IMG/VR virus record: IMGVR_UViG_3300032240_000412
Location: 1-64,000 of that record
DNA: 64,000 bases
From: a virus
Strand: one strand, 5' to 3'
Every line of letters begins with the position of its first letter. Position 1 is the first letter of the stretch. Position numbers and translations under genes: made by a program. Of the stretch, positions 28,373 through 36,592 are shown piece after piece. The notes beneath the pieces were generated by a model, which was not told the origin of the DNA, searched no databases, and worked only from the letters and a program-made list of their open reading frames with translations.

Positions 28373-29228
28373 AATGTCCAGTCATGCCTTGGCGTGTGTA
28401 ACTAGGAGTAAGTCCGTTCATTTCCATAATATCGTCACGCAAGTTTTGATTGCGCTTCTCAATGTTCAACACACGAGTAAAGCTGTTAGTGATAGCGGCA
28501 GTATAATACGCAAAAGGGTTCTGCGATTTTGATTCGTCAAATTGCAATCCAATTTGACTGAGTTGTAACAGGGCTTGGCTTCGCATTTCGTCATTGTAGG
28601 TGTATCCTCTCCAGTTTGATCTTGTGGCATAACGTTCACATAACTTCATGAACATGTGTGCCAACTTGGGAGTCATTTTGCCGTGATCTCTGCTGAATGA
28701 TCCATCTTCAAATGTGCCAACCCAATGGCTTTTCCCTACTAGCACAGGTTCGCTGTTTTCATTGATCATAAAATGTTGGAACGGAGGAAAGTTACACTTA
28801 CTAAATTTAATAGGATTTTCGTCGTCGTATTCGGTAAAAGTAGCATCTTCATCTTCTTCCAGTGCGGCCGCACGTTTGGCCGCACGAGTTGCCGCGGCCT
28901 TTTTTGTTTTAATATCGTCAACAGGAATATGATCAAAAGTCATTACACGTATTACTACTTCAGTTTCGGGTATTTTTGTGTATTTGATTTCAAATTCGTC
29001 TAATTTGCGTTTTTCACCGCGTTGTACAGCTTCTTCGTGTGCTAGCTTGGCCAATCGTTCTGCACGATTTTTACGAGCTTGTAATATGTTCTTTTTGTTG
29101 ATGCTGGCAAAACTAGGCAAGATTATATCGTAGTCGGCGTAGCTAGGGTCCAAGAAAACACAGTAAGAGCTTTTACTTTTGTGAATCTCTTTAAGAATAT
29201 CTTTGTTGTTCAGGTAGTTGTGTTTCAT
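28335..29228 (-). CDS. gp55: Late-transcription sigma factor (gp55-like)
   Basis: NYLNNKD and NWRGYTYNDEM...FDESKSQNPFAYYT motifs; lies upstream of gp47/gp46 as in T4-like phages. Confidence 0.88.
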   Translation of the reverse strand: MKHNYLNNKDILKEIHKSKSSYCVFLDPSYADYDIILPSFASINKKNILQARKNRAERLAKLAHEEAVQRGEKRKLDEFEIKYTKIPETEVVIRVMTFDHIPVDDIKTKKAAATRAAKRAAALEEDEDATFTEYDDENPIKFSKCNFPPFQHFMINENSEPVLVGKSHWVGTFEDGSFSRDHGKMTPKLAHMFMKLCERYATRSNWRGYTYNDEMRSQALLQLSQIGLQFDESKSQNPFAYYTAAITNSFTRVLNIEKRNQNLRDDIMEMNGLTPSYTRQGMTGHYVSSGAVDTSEE

Positions 29229-29250
29229 AATGTCCTATTAATATAGTCAT

Positions 29251-29279
29251 ATTTTATGACCTATAAATACAAATAGCAA
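29251..29279 (-). promoter_or_regulatory. Sigma70-type promoter for the gp55 operon
   Basis: TTGCTA-17 nt-TAAAAT, followed by an AGGA RBS. Confidence 0.6.
29262..29269 (+). promoter_or_regulatory. Late promoter (TATAAATA) for the baseplate operon
   Basis: Exact consensus upstream of 29357. Confidence 0.75.
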
Positions 29280-29356
29280 GAGAAAAGTGTGGGGTATATG
29301 CAACATATTTAACCAAAATACTTGACCTCTAACTGATTTTTATACTGGAACCGATA

Positions 29357-30454
29357 ATGGCAGTTTTACTACCAAGACCAAAAGCCCCTTTAAGGATAGA
29401 CCCGCCAACAGATGAAGAATTGGCAGGGCTAGCCGCGGAAAATGTTGGCGAAGACACTGCCGGACCAACACCTGCACAAGTTGACCAACAGTCGATTGAT
29501 GAATTTGGCAATCTTGATCAAGCTATTGCAGACCACGGCCCTACTCCTACTCCGTACAGTCTAGGCGAATTTGAAGGACTTGATGAAGCAATTGGTGCCA
29601 ATGCAATCGACGATCAATTGAACGCTGATCGGTTAAATGATGTAGATCAGTCTGAAATAGACTTTGACCCTAGCAGTAGTAGACTTCAAAATGCCGGACT
29701 TGAATTTGGTGGTGAACTTTCTGGAATAGGATTGGATAACGCACCCACTACGGTAGAATTCATTGATTCAAGTTCAGAGTATCAAAAACCGGATATTCCA
29801 GACTGGCGAGTACAGGTGTCACTGGCCAACGCCAGTCCGTACTTTTACAACAGTTCCCATGCTGGTATATTGAGACCGTTGAAAGAGTCAGGCGGAGTTG
29901 TATTTCCTTACTTGCCAACAGTTAACGTTAACTATACAGCACGTTACACAGAACAAAAATTAACACACAGTAACTACAACAGTTATTTCTACGATGGATC
30001 CGAAGTTCAAGCCATTACAATAACAGGCGAATTTACAGTACAAAATCTGTCAGAAGGTCAATATTTAATGGCCGCAATTTACTTTTTCCGCGCCGCAACA
30101 AAAATGTGGTTTGGTGGCGAAGGCTCGCACGTTGGTACACCACCGCCATTGGTATTCCTTGACGGGTACGGAAGTCACTATTTCCCACATGTACCCTGTG
30201 TGCTGACACAGTTCCAACATACTATGCCCCCTGATTGCGATTATGTTTTTATTCCACACAGAGAAAGTTACAATGGCGCACCAATTGGACTGGGAAATCA
30301 AGGTGGACTAGGAACACGCATGCCTACTACCAGCAGTATTTCAATCACACTACAACCAGTTTACAGTAGAGAGTCTATTGCAACTAGATTTAACTTGGAT
30401 AAATTTGCCGCAGGTGAGCTACTACAAGCTGATGGCAAAGGAGGATTCATCTAA
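29357..30454 (+). CDS. Baseplate/tail tube initiator (gp48/gp54-like) with acidic N-terminal extension
   Basis: GVVFPYLP, HSNY, TKMWFG and GTPPPLVFLDGYG motifs of a tube-like domain; first gene of the baseplate cluster. Confidence 0.6.
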   Translation: MAVLLPRPKAPLRIDPPTDEELAGLAAENVGEDTAGPTPAQVDQQSIDEFGNLDQAIADHGPTPTPYSLGEFEGLDEAIGANAIDDQLNADRLNDVDQSEIDFDPSSSRLQNAGLEFGGELSGIGLDNAPTTVEFIDSSSEYQKPDIPDWRVQVSLANASPYFYNSSHAGILRPLKESGGVVFPYLPTVNVNYTARYTEQKLTHSNYNSYFYDGSEVQAITITGEFTVQNLSEGQYLMAAIYFFRAATKMWFGGEGSHVGTPPPLVFLDGYGSHYFPHVPCVLTQFQHTMPPDCDYVFIPHRESYNGAPIGLGNQGGLGTRMPTTSSISITLQPVYSRESIATRFNLDKFAAGELLQADGKGGFI

Positions 30455-30753
30455 TGGCCGCATACGGAAAATTTAGCCCATATTATCAAACAGGTAATCA
30501 CGGATTTTTCTTAGACGTTATGACAGATCGCAAGATTCCAGCGATTGCAACAGACTCAACATTTATGATTACAAAAGTGTATGAATACAGACCCGACATG
30601 TTGGCATTTGACTTGTACGGATCTGCCAACTTATGGTGGGTATTCATACAGCGCAATCCTAACATTCTCAAAGATCCAATTTTTGATTTTAAAGCTGGAA
30701 CAGAAATTAAGCTACCTAAGAAAGCTACAATTGATACGTCTCTAGGAGTCTAA
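30454..30753 (+). CDS. Baseplate wedge protein (gp53/LysM-like)
   Basis: YRPDMLAFDLYGSANLWWVF..RN motif. Confidence 0.8.
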   Translation: MAAYGKFSPYYQTGNHGFFLDVMTDRKIPAIATDSTFMITKVYEYRPDMLAFDLYGSANLWWVFIQRNPNILKDPIFDFKAGTEIKLPKKATIDTSLGV

Positions 30754-30756
30754 TAG

Positions 30757-33700
30757 ATGCCAGACTTTGAATTTGATGATCCATTTAACTCTGCATTTGG
30801 AGATGCAGTTGATCCTATTACAGGCAATCCTTACCCGGCGGCAGGTATCGATGACCCCACAATCGATCAATCGGCAATTGACAAAACAGAATTTGAGCTA
30901 GGTGCATTAGATCCAGAAGATCCTGCACGAGCCGATCTAGAAGAACAACTTGAACAGGAAGAAACGTCGGAAAACACACTGTCCGACGACGAAGAACACG
31001 ATCTACAAGCCGATGAGTTTGCTGGACTAGACGAAGCAGTGGGAGAACAAGAACTCAAGCGTATGCGCGATGAGGAATTGGATAACCCGGCCGATGATGT
31101 AATGGGACAGCCAGCAACTACCATATTGCCTGGACAAGATGCAAAAGTAAAAACCACACCTAACTCATTATCAAGTTATGCTTCTAGTACATATATTTTA
31201 ACTCTGCGAGCACTAACACCGGCTGACTACAATAGACTTGCTGAAGACCCACTTGCGTCAGACTCAACTCAGTCGCACAAACCACTTAGACCAAAAGTTA
31301 TTATTGCCAGTGCTGGCCGTAAAAGCCAAGACTTGCCACGTAACATTCACTTTACTGAAGATTTTTATTTTGAAAACTTAAAGTTTACCACAGTGGTAGG
31401 CATGAATGCCAGAAGTCGAGCGGCCAATGTCATCGAGCTGAGTTTCAGAATTGTTGAACCATATGGTTTTACGTTTCATAATCGCTTAGTTAAATTGGCA
31501 GAAGATACTGGAATACAGAGTATAGTAGAACAACCTTACCTATTGACCATAGACTTCTTTGGCTGGGGCGACGACGGCTCTTGGAGTCAGCAACAAGATC
31601 AAACCAAGAACATACCAATTAAAATTACTGCCATGAAGGCCAAGGTAAGCCAACGTGGCGGAGAGTACGACTGTCAGGCTATTCCTTATAACCATGCGGC
31701 CTTTCAAGATACCAATGTTACGACACCAGTTAACCTGGGAGTTAACGCAGATACAGTTTATAAGTTTTTTGATGATGCTGTTTCGACCAACTTGGCCGCA
31801 GAACAAGATCAACGAGAGTCTGAAGTAAAAGAAGCTGACAAAGCGGCATCAACAGGTGCTTATAGAACACCTGAGGGTAAAGCAGAAGCAGAAAAGAATG
31901 CACAAAACAAAGCGGCCAAGTTGAAGTCTCCTTACTATGTGTCTACTTTTGCCGGAGCAATCAACGACTGGTTTCGAGATTTAGTTAAAAAAGGCAACTG
32001 TCAGCACCCAATGAAAATATCGTTTGATATCGATAAACCCATTGGCGACAGCAAAATTGTTTTTCCTAAAAAGAACAACCCCAAAAATACACCAATGGCC
32101 AATCCGCAAGATCCTGCTCAGGCCAAGGAGTTGGCACGTACCAATGCTGGGCAAAAGGGCTCGGGTCCTGTTAATATCACCGAAGAAACATTTCCTATTC
32201 CGGCTGGAACCAACATCATCGAAGTTATTAACATGGTGGTCAGAAACAGTGACTATATTAGAAGTCAGTTGACAGATCCTAGCCAGGAAAAATACGATCC
32301 ACAGACTATCGCGGACCAGCAGGCCAAACCTTTAAACTGGTTTAGAGTAATACCCACAGTTAAATTAATAAACTTTGACTATAAAACAAACAAGTGGGCA
32401 AAAGCAATTACCTTCCACGTAAAACAATTTACATTTTATAACCAAAGAAACCCGTATGCACCTAAGGGACAACCAGAAGGTTGGGTCAAAGAATACAACT
32501 ATATCTACACTGGCAAAAATAAAGATGTAATTGACTTTGACATTGACTTTGACATGTTGTTCTATACTGCACTAACAGCACAAAAAGCCAAAATGGAATC
32601 ATTGAGTGGTGCGGCTGAAGCTGATGAGTCAAAACTGGCATCTGCCATGCCTACAGCAAATACCAAAACAGGATCTCCAGTGGTTTATAACTTTGTACCT
32701 GGTGATATACACAGTACTTCGTTGGGTGACGGTAACCGAGATAGTCAAACAATTACAGCCACAGACGTAGTTAAAAACATCTATAGTTCTGCACGTGGTG
32801 ATATGATCAACATTAAAATGAAAATCATTGGAGACCCAGAATTAATCAAGCAAGACGATGTATTTTACAATCCAAGCAATGCTGGGTATGACGAAGATCG
32901 CAATCAGTTCACACAAAACCAAAGTATAAAGTTTGATCGAGGCGAAGTACACGCAAAGATTACATTCAACACCCCGGTTGATATTGATGAAGCAACAGGC
33001 GGTATTGCTTACTTTGCTGGCGACAAAGTACAAAGTACATTTAGCGGATTGTACAAATTTACCACTGTGGAAAATGAATTCCAACGCGGCGAGTTTACAC
33101 AAACTCTATCATTGATTCGACTGCCCAATCAACCGGCATTTGACAACGTTGGGCCACTGGCAGGTAGTGCATCGGAAGGTACAAACAGTAAAATCAATAG
33201 ACAAGAGTCCGACACAGGAAGCACACGTGGACTTAAAGGGTCAGGAGATTTAACTGAATTGAGCGGAGAGTTAGACAGCTACCCCGAAGATGATAACACC
33301 GACATAGACACAACAGAGGACGAAGACAATACAGCAGTAACTGACGAAGAAGATACAGAATTAGACGATACCAGTGAAGCCGATCAAGAAGATGAAACTG
33401 GTGATGAATTTGACAACACCGAAGATGCAGAACTGCAGGATGTTGGCGACAACGCCGACACTATGGACATATCTGAAGCCCAAGATGAAGAAGGTAATGA
33501 AACAATTGAATTGTCGTCACCGAGCCCAGCAGTAGAAAACATTGTTGATGAAGCAGAAGCAATGGCACAGAGAGAAGCAGACCTACGTGCTCAGTACCCG
33601 CAACAGGCCGCTTTTGCAGATAAACTGGCCGCCGACCTTGACAGTCCAGACCCTAGAGTTAAAAAGGCCGCGGCCAAAACAATGATCGAAAGTGTAGGCA

Positions 33701-33942
33701 AAGGCGCAGTACAAATAGCAGAAGCCACAGTTACACTAACTGAGGGATTTATTAAGGCAATTAAAAAAGGTCTTGCAAGCAAAGAATTCCAGACCAAAGC
33801 AACTGACCAGGAAAAAGAAACTGCTAAAGCCTTTTTGGCAGAAATGGAAGCTAATCTACCCGGTTACCGGGAAACAGCAAAAAAAGTAAAAGCCGATTAT
33901 GCAAAAGGTTTAGCAGAAGCCAAACGAGACGGATTAATATAA
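30757..33942 (+). CDS. Probable baseplate hub protein with acidic extensions
   Basis: Lies between gp53-like and gp5-like genes; KIIGDP and SGLYKFTTVENEFQRGEFTQTL hub-type motifs. Confidence 0.6.
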   Translation: MPDFEFDDPFNSAFGDAVDPITGNPYPAAGIDDPTIDQSAIDKTEFELGALDPEDPARADLEEQLEQEETSENTLSDDEEHDLQADEFAGLDEAVGEQELKRMRDEELDNPADDVMGQPATTILPGQDAKVKTTPNSLSSYASSTYILTLRALTPADYNRLAEDPLASDSTQSHKPLRPKVIIASAGRKSQDLPRNIHFTEDFYFENLKFTTVVGMNARSRAANVIELSFRIVEPYGFTFHNRLVKLAEDTGIQSIVEQPYLLTIDFFGWGDDGSWSQQQDQTKNIPIKITAMKAKVSQRGGEYDCQAIPYNHAAFQDTNVTTPVNLGVNADTVYKFFDDAVSTNLAAEQDQRESEVKEADKAASTGAYRTPEGKAEAEKNAQNKAAKLKSPYYVSTFAGAINDWFRDLVKKGNCQHPMKISFDIDKPIGDSKIVFPKKNNPKNTPMANPQDPAQAKELARTNAGQKGSGPVNITEETFPIPAGTNIIEVINMVVRNSDYIRSQLTDPSQEKYDPQTIADQQAKPLNWFRVIPTVKLINFDYKTNKWAKAITFHVKQFTFYNQRNPYAPKGQPEGWVKEYNYIYTGKNKDVIDFDIDFDMLFYTALTAQKAKMESLSGAAEADESKLASAMPTANTKTGSPVVYNFVPGDIHSTSLGDGNRDSQTITATDVVKNIYSSARGDMINIKMKIIGDPELIKQDDVFYNPSNAGYDEDRNQFTQNQSIKFDRGEVHAKITFNTPVDIDEATGGIAYFAGDKVQSTFSGLYKFTTVENEFQRGEFTQTLSLIRLPNQPAFDNVGPLAGSASEGTNSKINRQESDTGSTRGLKGSGDLTELSGELDSYPEDDNTDIDTTEDEDNTAVTDEEDTELDDTSEADQEDETGDEFDNTEDAELQDVGDNADTMDISEAQDEEGNETIELSSPSPAVENIVDEAEAMAQREADLRAQYPQQAAFADKLAADLDSPDPRVKKAAAKTMIESVGKGAVQIAEATVTLTEGFIKAIKKGLASKEFQTKATDQEKETAKAFLAEMEANLPGYRETAKKVKADYAKGLAEAKRDGLI

Positions 33943-33943
33943 C

Positions 33944-36145
33944 ATGACAGACAAATATAGATCAAGAAAAATACCGGAATGGGCAAATACCGCAGGAACC
34001 AACGCGGCCATTTTGAACCCAGGCCCATTTGTTGGTATTGTAAAAAACAATTATGATAATACTCGCAGTGGACGTTTACAGGTATGGATTCCAGATCTAG
34101 GCGGTGACGAAAATAATCCCAGTTACTGGACCACAGTCAGCTATGTTAGCCCTTTCATGGGTGTGACATACGAGCCACAGACTAGTAAAAACAATTCCTA
34201 CAACTATGTGCAACATGCCTACGGCATGTGGTTTGCGGCACCAGACATTGGCAATCAGGTATTATGTATATTTGTCAATGGTGCGGCAGACCGCGGTTAC
34301 TGGTTTGGTGTTACAAATCCCAACCTAAGTCATTACATGATGCCGGCTATTGGATCAAGCCCCAACGTTGACTCGTCTGGCATCAGCAAAGAATTAAAAG
34401 ACAGTCTAATAGAAGGACAAGTATATCCTGTTGCTGAATTTAACGAAAACGACCCTGCACTACAAGTACCGGACTTTGCAGACAATAAAAAACCCATACA
34501 CGAAGCACAATTTGCAACACTACTAACGCAAGGACTGGATAGAGATCCTGTTCGTGGCGCCATCAGTTCCAGTAGTCAGCGCGAAAGTCCTAGTAGGGTT
34601 TTTGGTATCAGTACCCCCGGAAGGCCAATCAAAGATCCAACAACAGATCCGCAGTACGCTAAAAAAGTACAGGACGGATCTGTTACAGAGTCCGACATTG
34701 CAGTTCGAGGCCGTCGAGGCGGTCATACTATTGTCATGGACGATGGTGACATCAACAATGTTGACAACTTAATCAGACTGCGTACAGCAGGTGGGCATCA
34801 ATTGCTAATGAACGATACCGAAGGAGTTATGTACATTGCTAACTCGGCAGGTAGTGTCTGGTTAGAATTGGCTAAAAATGGTTCTGTACATTTGTTTAGC
34901 CACGGTGGAATCAACATTAGAAGCAAAGGCGATTTGAATTTGCACAGCGATAAAAACATCAATATGCATGCCAAAGGCAAATTGCAAATGTTTAGTGACG
35001 GCAGTATAGGATTAGAATCTAAAACAATCAATGTTAAAAGCACTGATGCAACTACCCTCTACGGCGGAACAGTTAATGTAGGATCCGAAGGCGCAATCAA
35101 TCTGGCATCCAGTGGCAGTGGTAGTTGGCAAGCAGGCGGATCATTGAATTTAACTGGCAAACCAATTAATTTAAATTCTGCCGGCGGGCCAAGTGTTGAA
35201 GCACCGGCAGGTATGCACCTGTATGATCATACCGAAGCATCATTTAATAAAACATCAAAAACCTGGCACCAAGACGGAGCCAGCGTTAGCAGTATATCAG
35301 CAATTTTGCCAACACATGAACCATGGGACCGATTAACTGGTAAGCCTAAATCAACACCAGCACAACAGTACGCGGCACCAGTACAAGCCAACAAAGCAGT
35401 CAATGAAGGCGAAGCTCCTGTTGAAACTAGCCAAGCACCTGACTGTATTCCAACAACTTCGCCAGTAACAACCGGAACAGGTGGAACCACAAACTTAGTT
35501 ACACAAAATCAACTAGATCCTGGAATACAGGCCGCCAAAGGTCGCCCAGTGTCCAAGCCCTGTCCTAAGAATTGGTTGGACCTGGGTGTCGCACCCAATC
35601 CATCGGGCGGTATTGGCCCGTTGGATCAATTTGCAGTCAAATGCTTGATGGGGCAGATTGGTTATACCGAGAGTGGCTGGAAATACGACATCAAAAATCA
35701 GTTAAACTACATTGGCAGATACCAATTTGGTGCCGCGGCCTGTACCGATGCAGGTTATATTAAACTTAACTACTTTAAACAATACGGTAACAGAGCCTTT
35801 AACTATCCTGATGCATGGACAGCCAAAGACGGAATTTGCAGTATCGACAACTGGTACAGTGCTCGTGCCGTACAAGAAAAAGCCATGTATAACCTTATTG
35901 CATCAAACTACAAAACTCTAGTTAAAATTGGTGGTATCAAGAGTAGTGATTCAATATGCGAAGTTGGCGGTATGCTGGCAGTGGCACAGCTATTGGGTGC
36001 AGGCGGTGCAAAAACCTGGCGCAATACAGGTGGCGGTGCTGATGCCAATGGAACCACTGGAGAAACATACTTTAACCGCGGCAAGTACGCAATTGATGTG
36101 CTGGCCAAAGGTGGTGGTAACGATGCTCCACCACCAAAAATCTAA
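33944..36145 (+). CDS. gp5: Baseplate central spike (gp5-like) with C-terminal lysozyme-like domain
   Basis: N-terminal OB-fold (D..RSGRLQVWIP, PDIGNQV); beta-helix repeats; PTHEPW; then TESG...YIGRYQFG. Confidence 0.8.
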   Translation: MTDKYRSRKIPEWANTAGTNAAILNPGPFVGIVKNNYDNTRSGRLQVWIPDLGGDENNPSYWTTVSYVSPFMGVTYEPQTSKNNSYNYVQHAYGMWFAAPDIGNQVLCIFVNGAADRGYWFGVTNPNLSHYMMPAIGSSPNVDSSGISKELKDSLIEGQVYPVAEFNENDPALQVPDFADNKKPIHEAQFATLLTQGLDRDPVRGAISSSSQRESPSRVFGISTPGRPIKDPTTDPQYAKKVQDGSVTESDIAVRGRRGGHTIVMDDGDINNVDNLIRLRTAGGHQLLMNDTEGVMYIANSAGSVWLELAKNGSVHLFSHGGINIRSKGDLNLHSDKNINMHAKGKLQMFSDGSIGLESKTINVKSTDATTLYGGTVNVGSEGAINLASSGSGSWQAGGSLNLTGKPINLNSAGGPSVEAPAGMHLYDHTEASFNKTSKTWHQDGASVSSISAILPTHEPWDRLTGKPKSTPAQQYAAPVQANKAVNEGEAPVETSQAPDCIPTTSPVTTGTGGTTNLVTQNQLDPGIQAAKGRPVSKPCPKNWLDLGVAPNPSGGIGPLDQFAVKCLMGQIGYTESGWKYDIKNQLNYIGRYQFGAAACTDAGYIKLNYFKQYGNRAFNYPDAWTAKDGICSIDNWYSARAVQEKAMYNLIASNYKTLVKIGGIKSSDSICEVGGMLAVAQLLGAGGAKTWRNTGGGADANGTTGETYFNRGKYAIDVLAKGGGNDAPPPKI

Positions 36146-36153
36146 GGTAAATA
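36146..36153 (+). promoter_or_regulatory. Late promoter (GGTAAATA)
   Basis: 7 nt before the gp25 ATG. Confidence 0.55.
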
Positions 36154-36160
36154 CTAGACT

Positions 36161-36541
36161 ATGGCAACAATGTACCGCGGATTTAGCACCTATAACAGGT
36201 TAAAGAAGTTTCGTCTAACAGACGCAGACTTAGTCAAGCAAGACCTTTTTAATCACTTTAATATTAAGAAGGGGGAAAAGCTAATGAACCCAAACTTTGG
36301 CACAATTATTTGGGGTATGTTGTTTGAAAACCTAACTACAGAAGCAAAAAAAGCCATAACAGACGATATTAAAACCATTGTAAACTACGATCCTAGAGTA
36401 AGTGTACAAAACGTAATTGTCAATCAATTTGAACACGGAATACAGGTTGAGCTAGAACTCAAGTATGCCCTGACCAATAAAATTGAAAGTATGAAAATGA
36501 CTTTTGATAGAGGCGCAACCAGCTTAAAGATATCCGCCTAA
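36161..36541 (+). CDS. gp25: Baseplate wedge subunit (gp25-like)
   Basis: KGEKLMNPNFGT...LFE...YDPRV motif. Confidence 0.92.
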   Translation: MATMYRGFSTYNRLKKFRLTDADLVKQDLFNHFNIKKGEKLMNPNFGTIIWGMLFENLTTEAKKAITDDIKTIVNYDPRVSVQNVIVNQFEHGIQVELELKYALTNKIESMKMTFDRGATSLKISA

Positions 36542-36564
36542 TTAAACTAGCTGTTTTTTTACTT

Positions 36565-36572
36565 AATAAATA
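36565..36572 (+). promoter_or_regulatory. Late promoter (AATAAATA)
   Basis: Intergenic, upstream of gp6. Confidence 0.6.
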
Positions 36573-36592
36573 TAGAATATAGGTAAAAATTC

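Noticed and set aside
29322-29346. TTGACC...TATACT sigma70-like boxes
   Set aside because: The spacer is only 13 nt.
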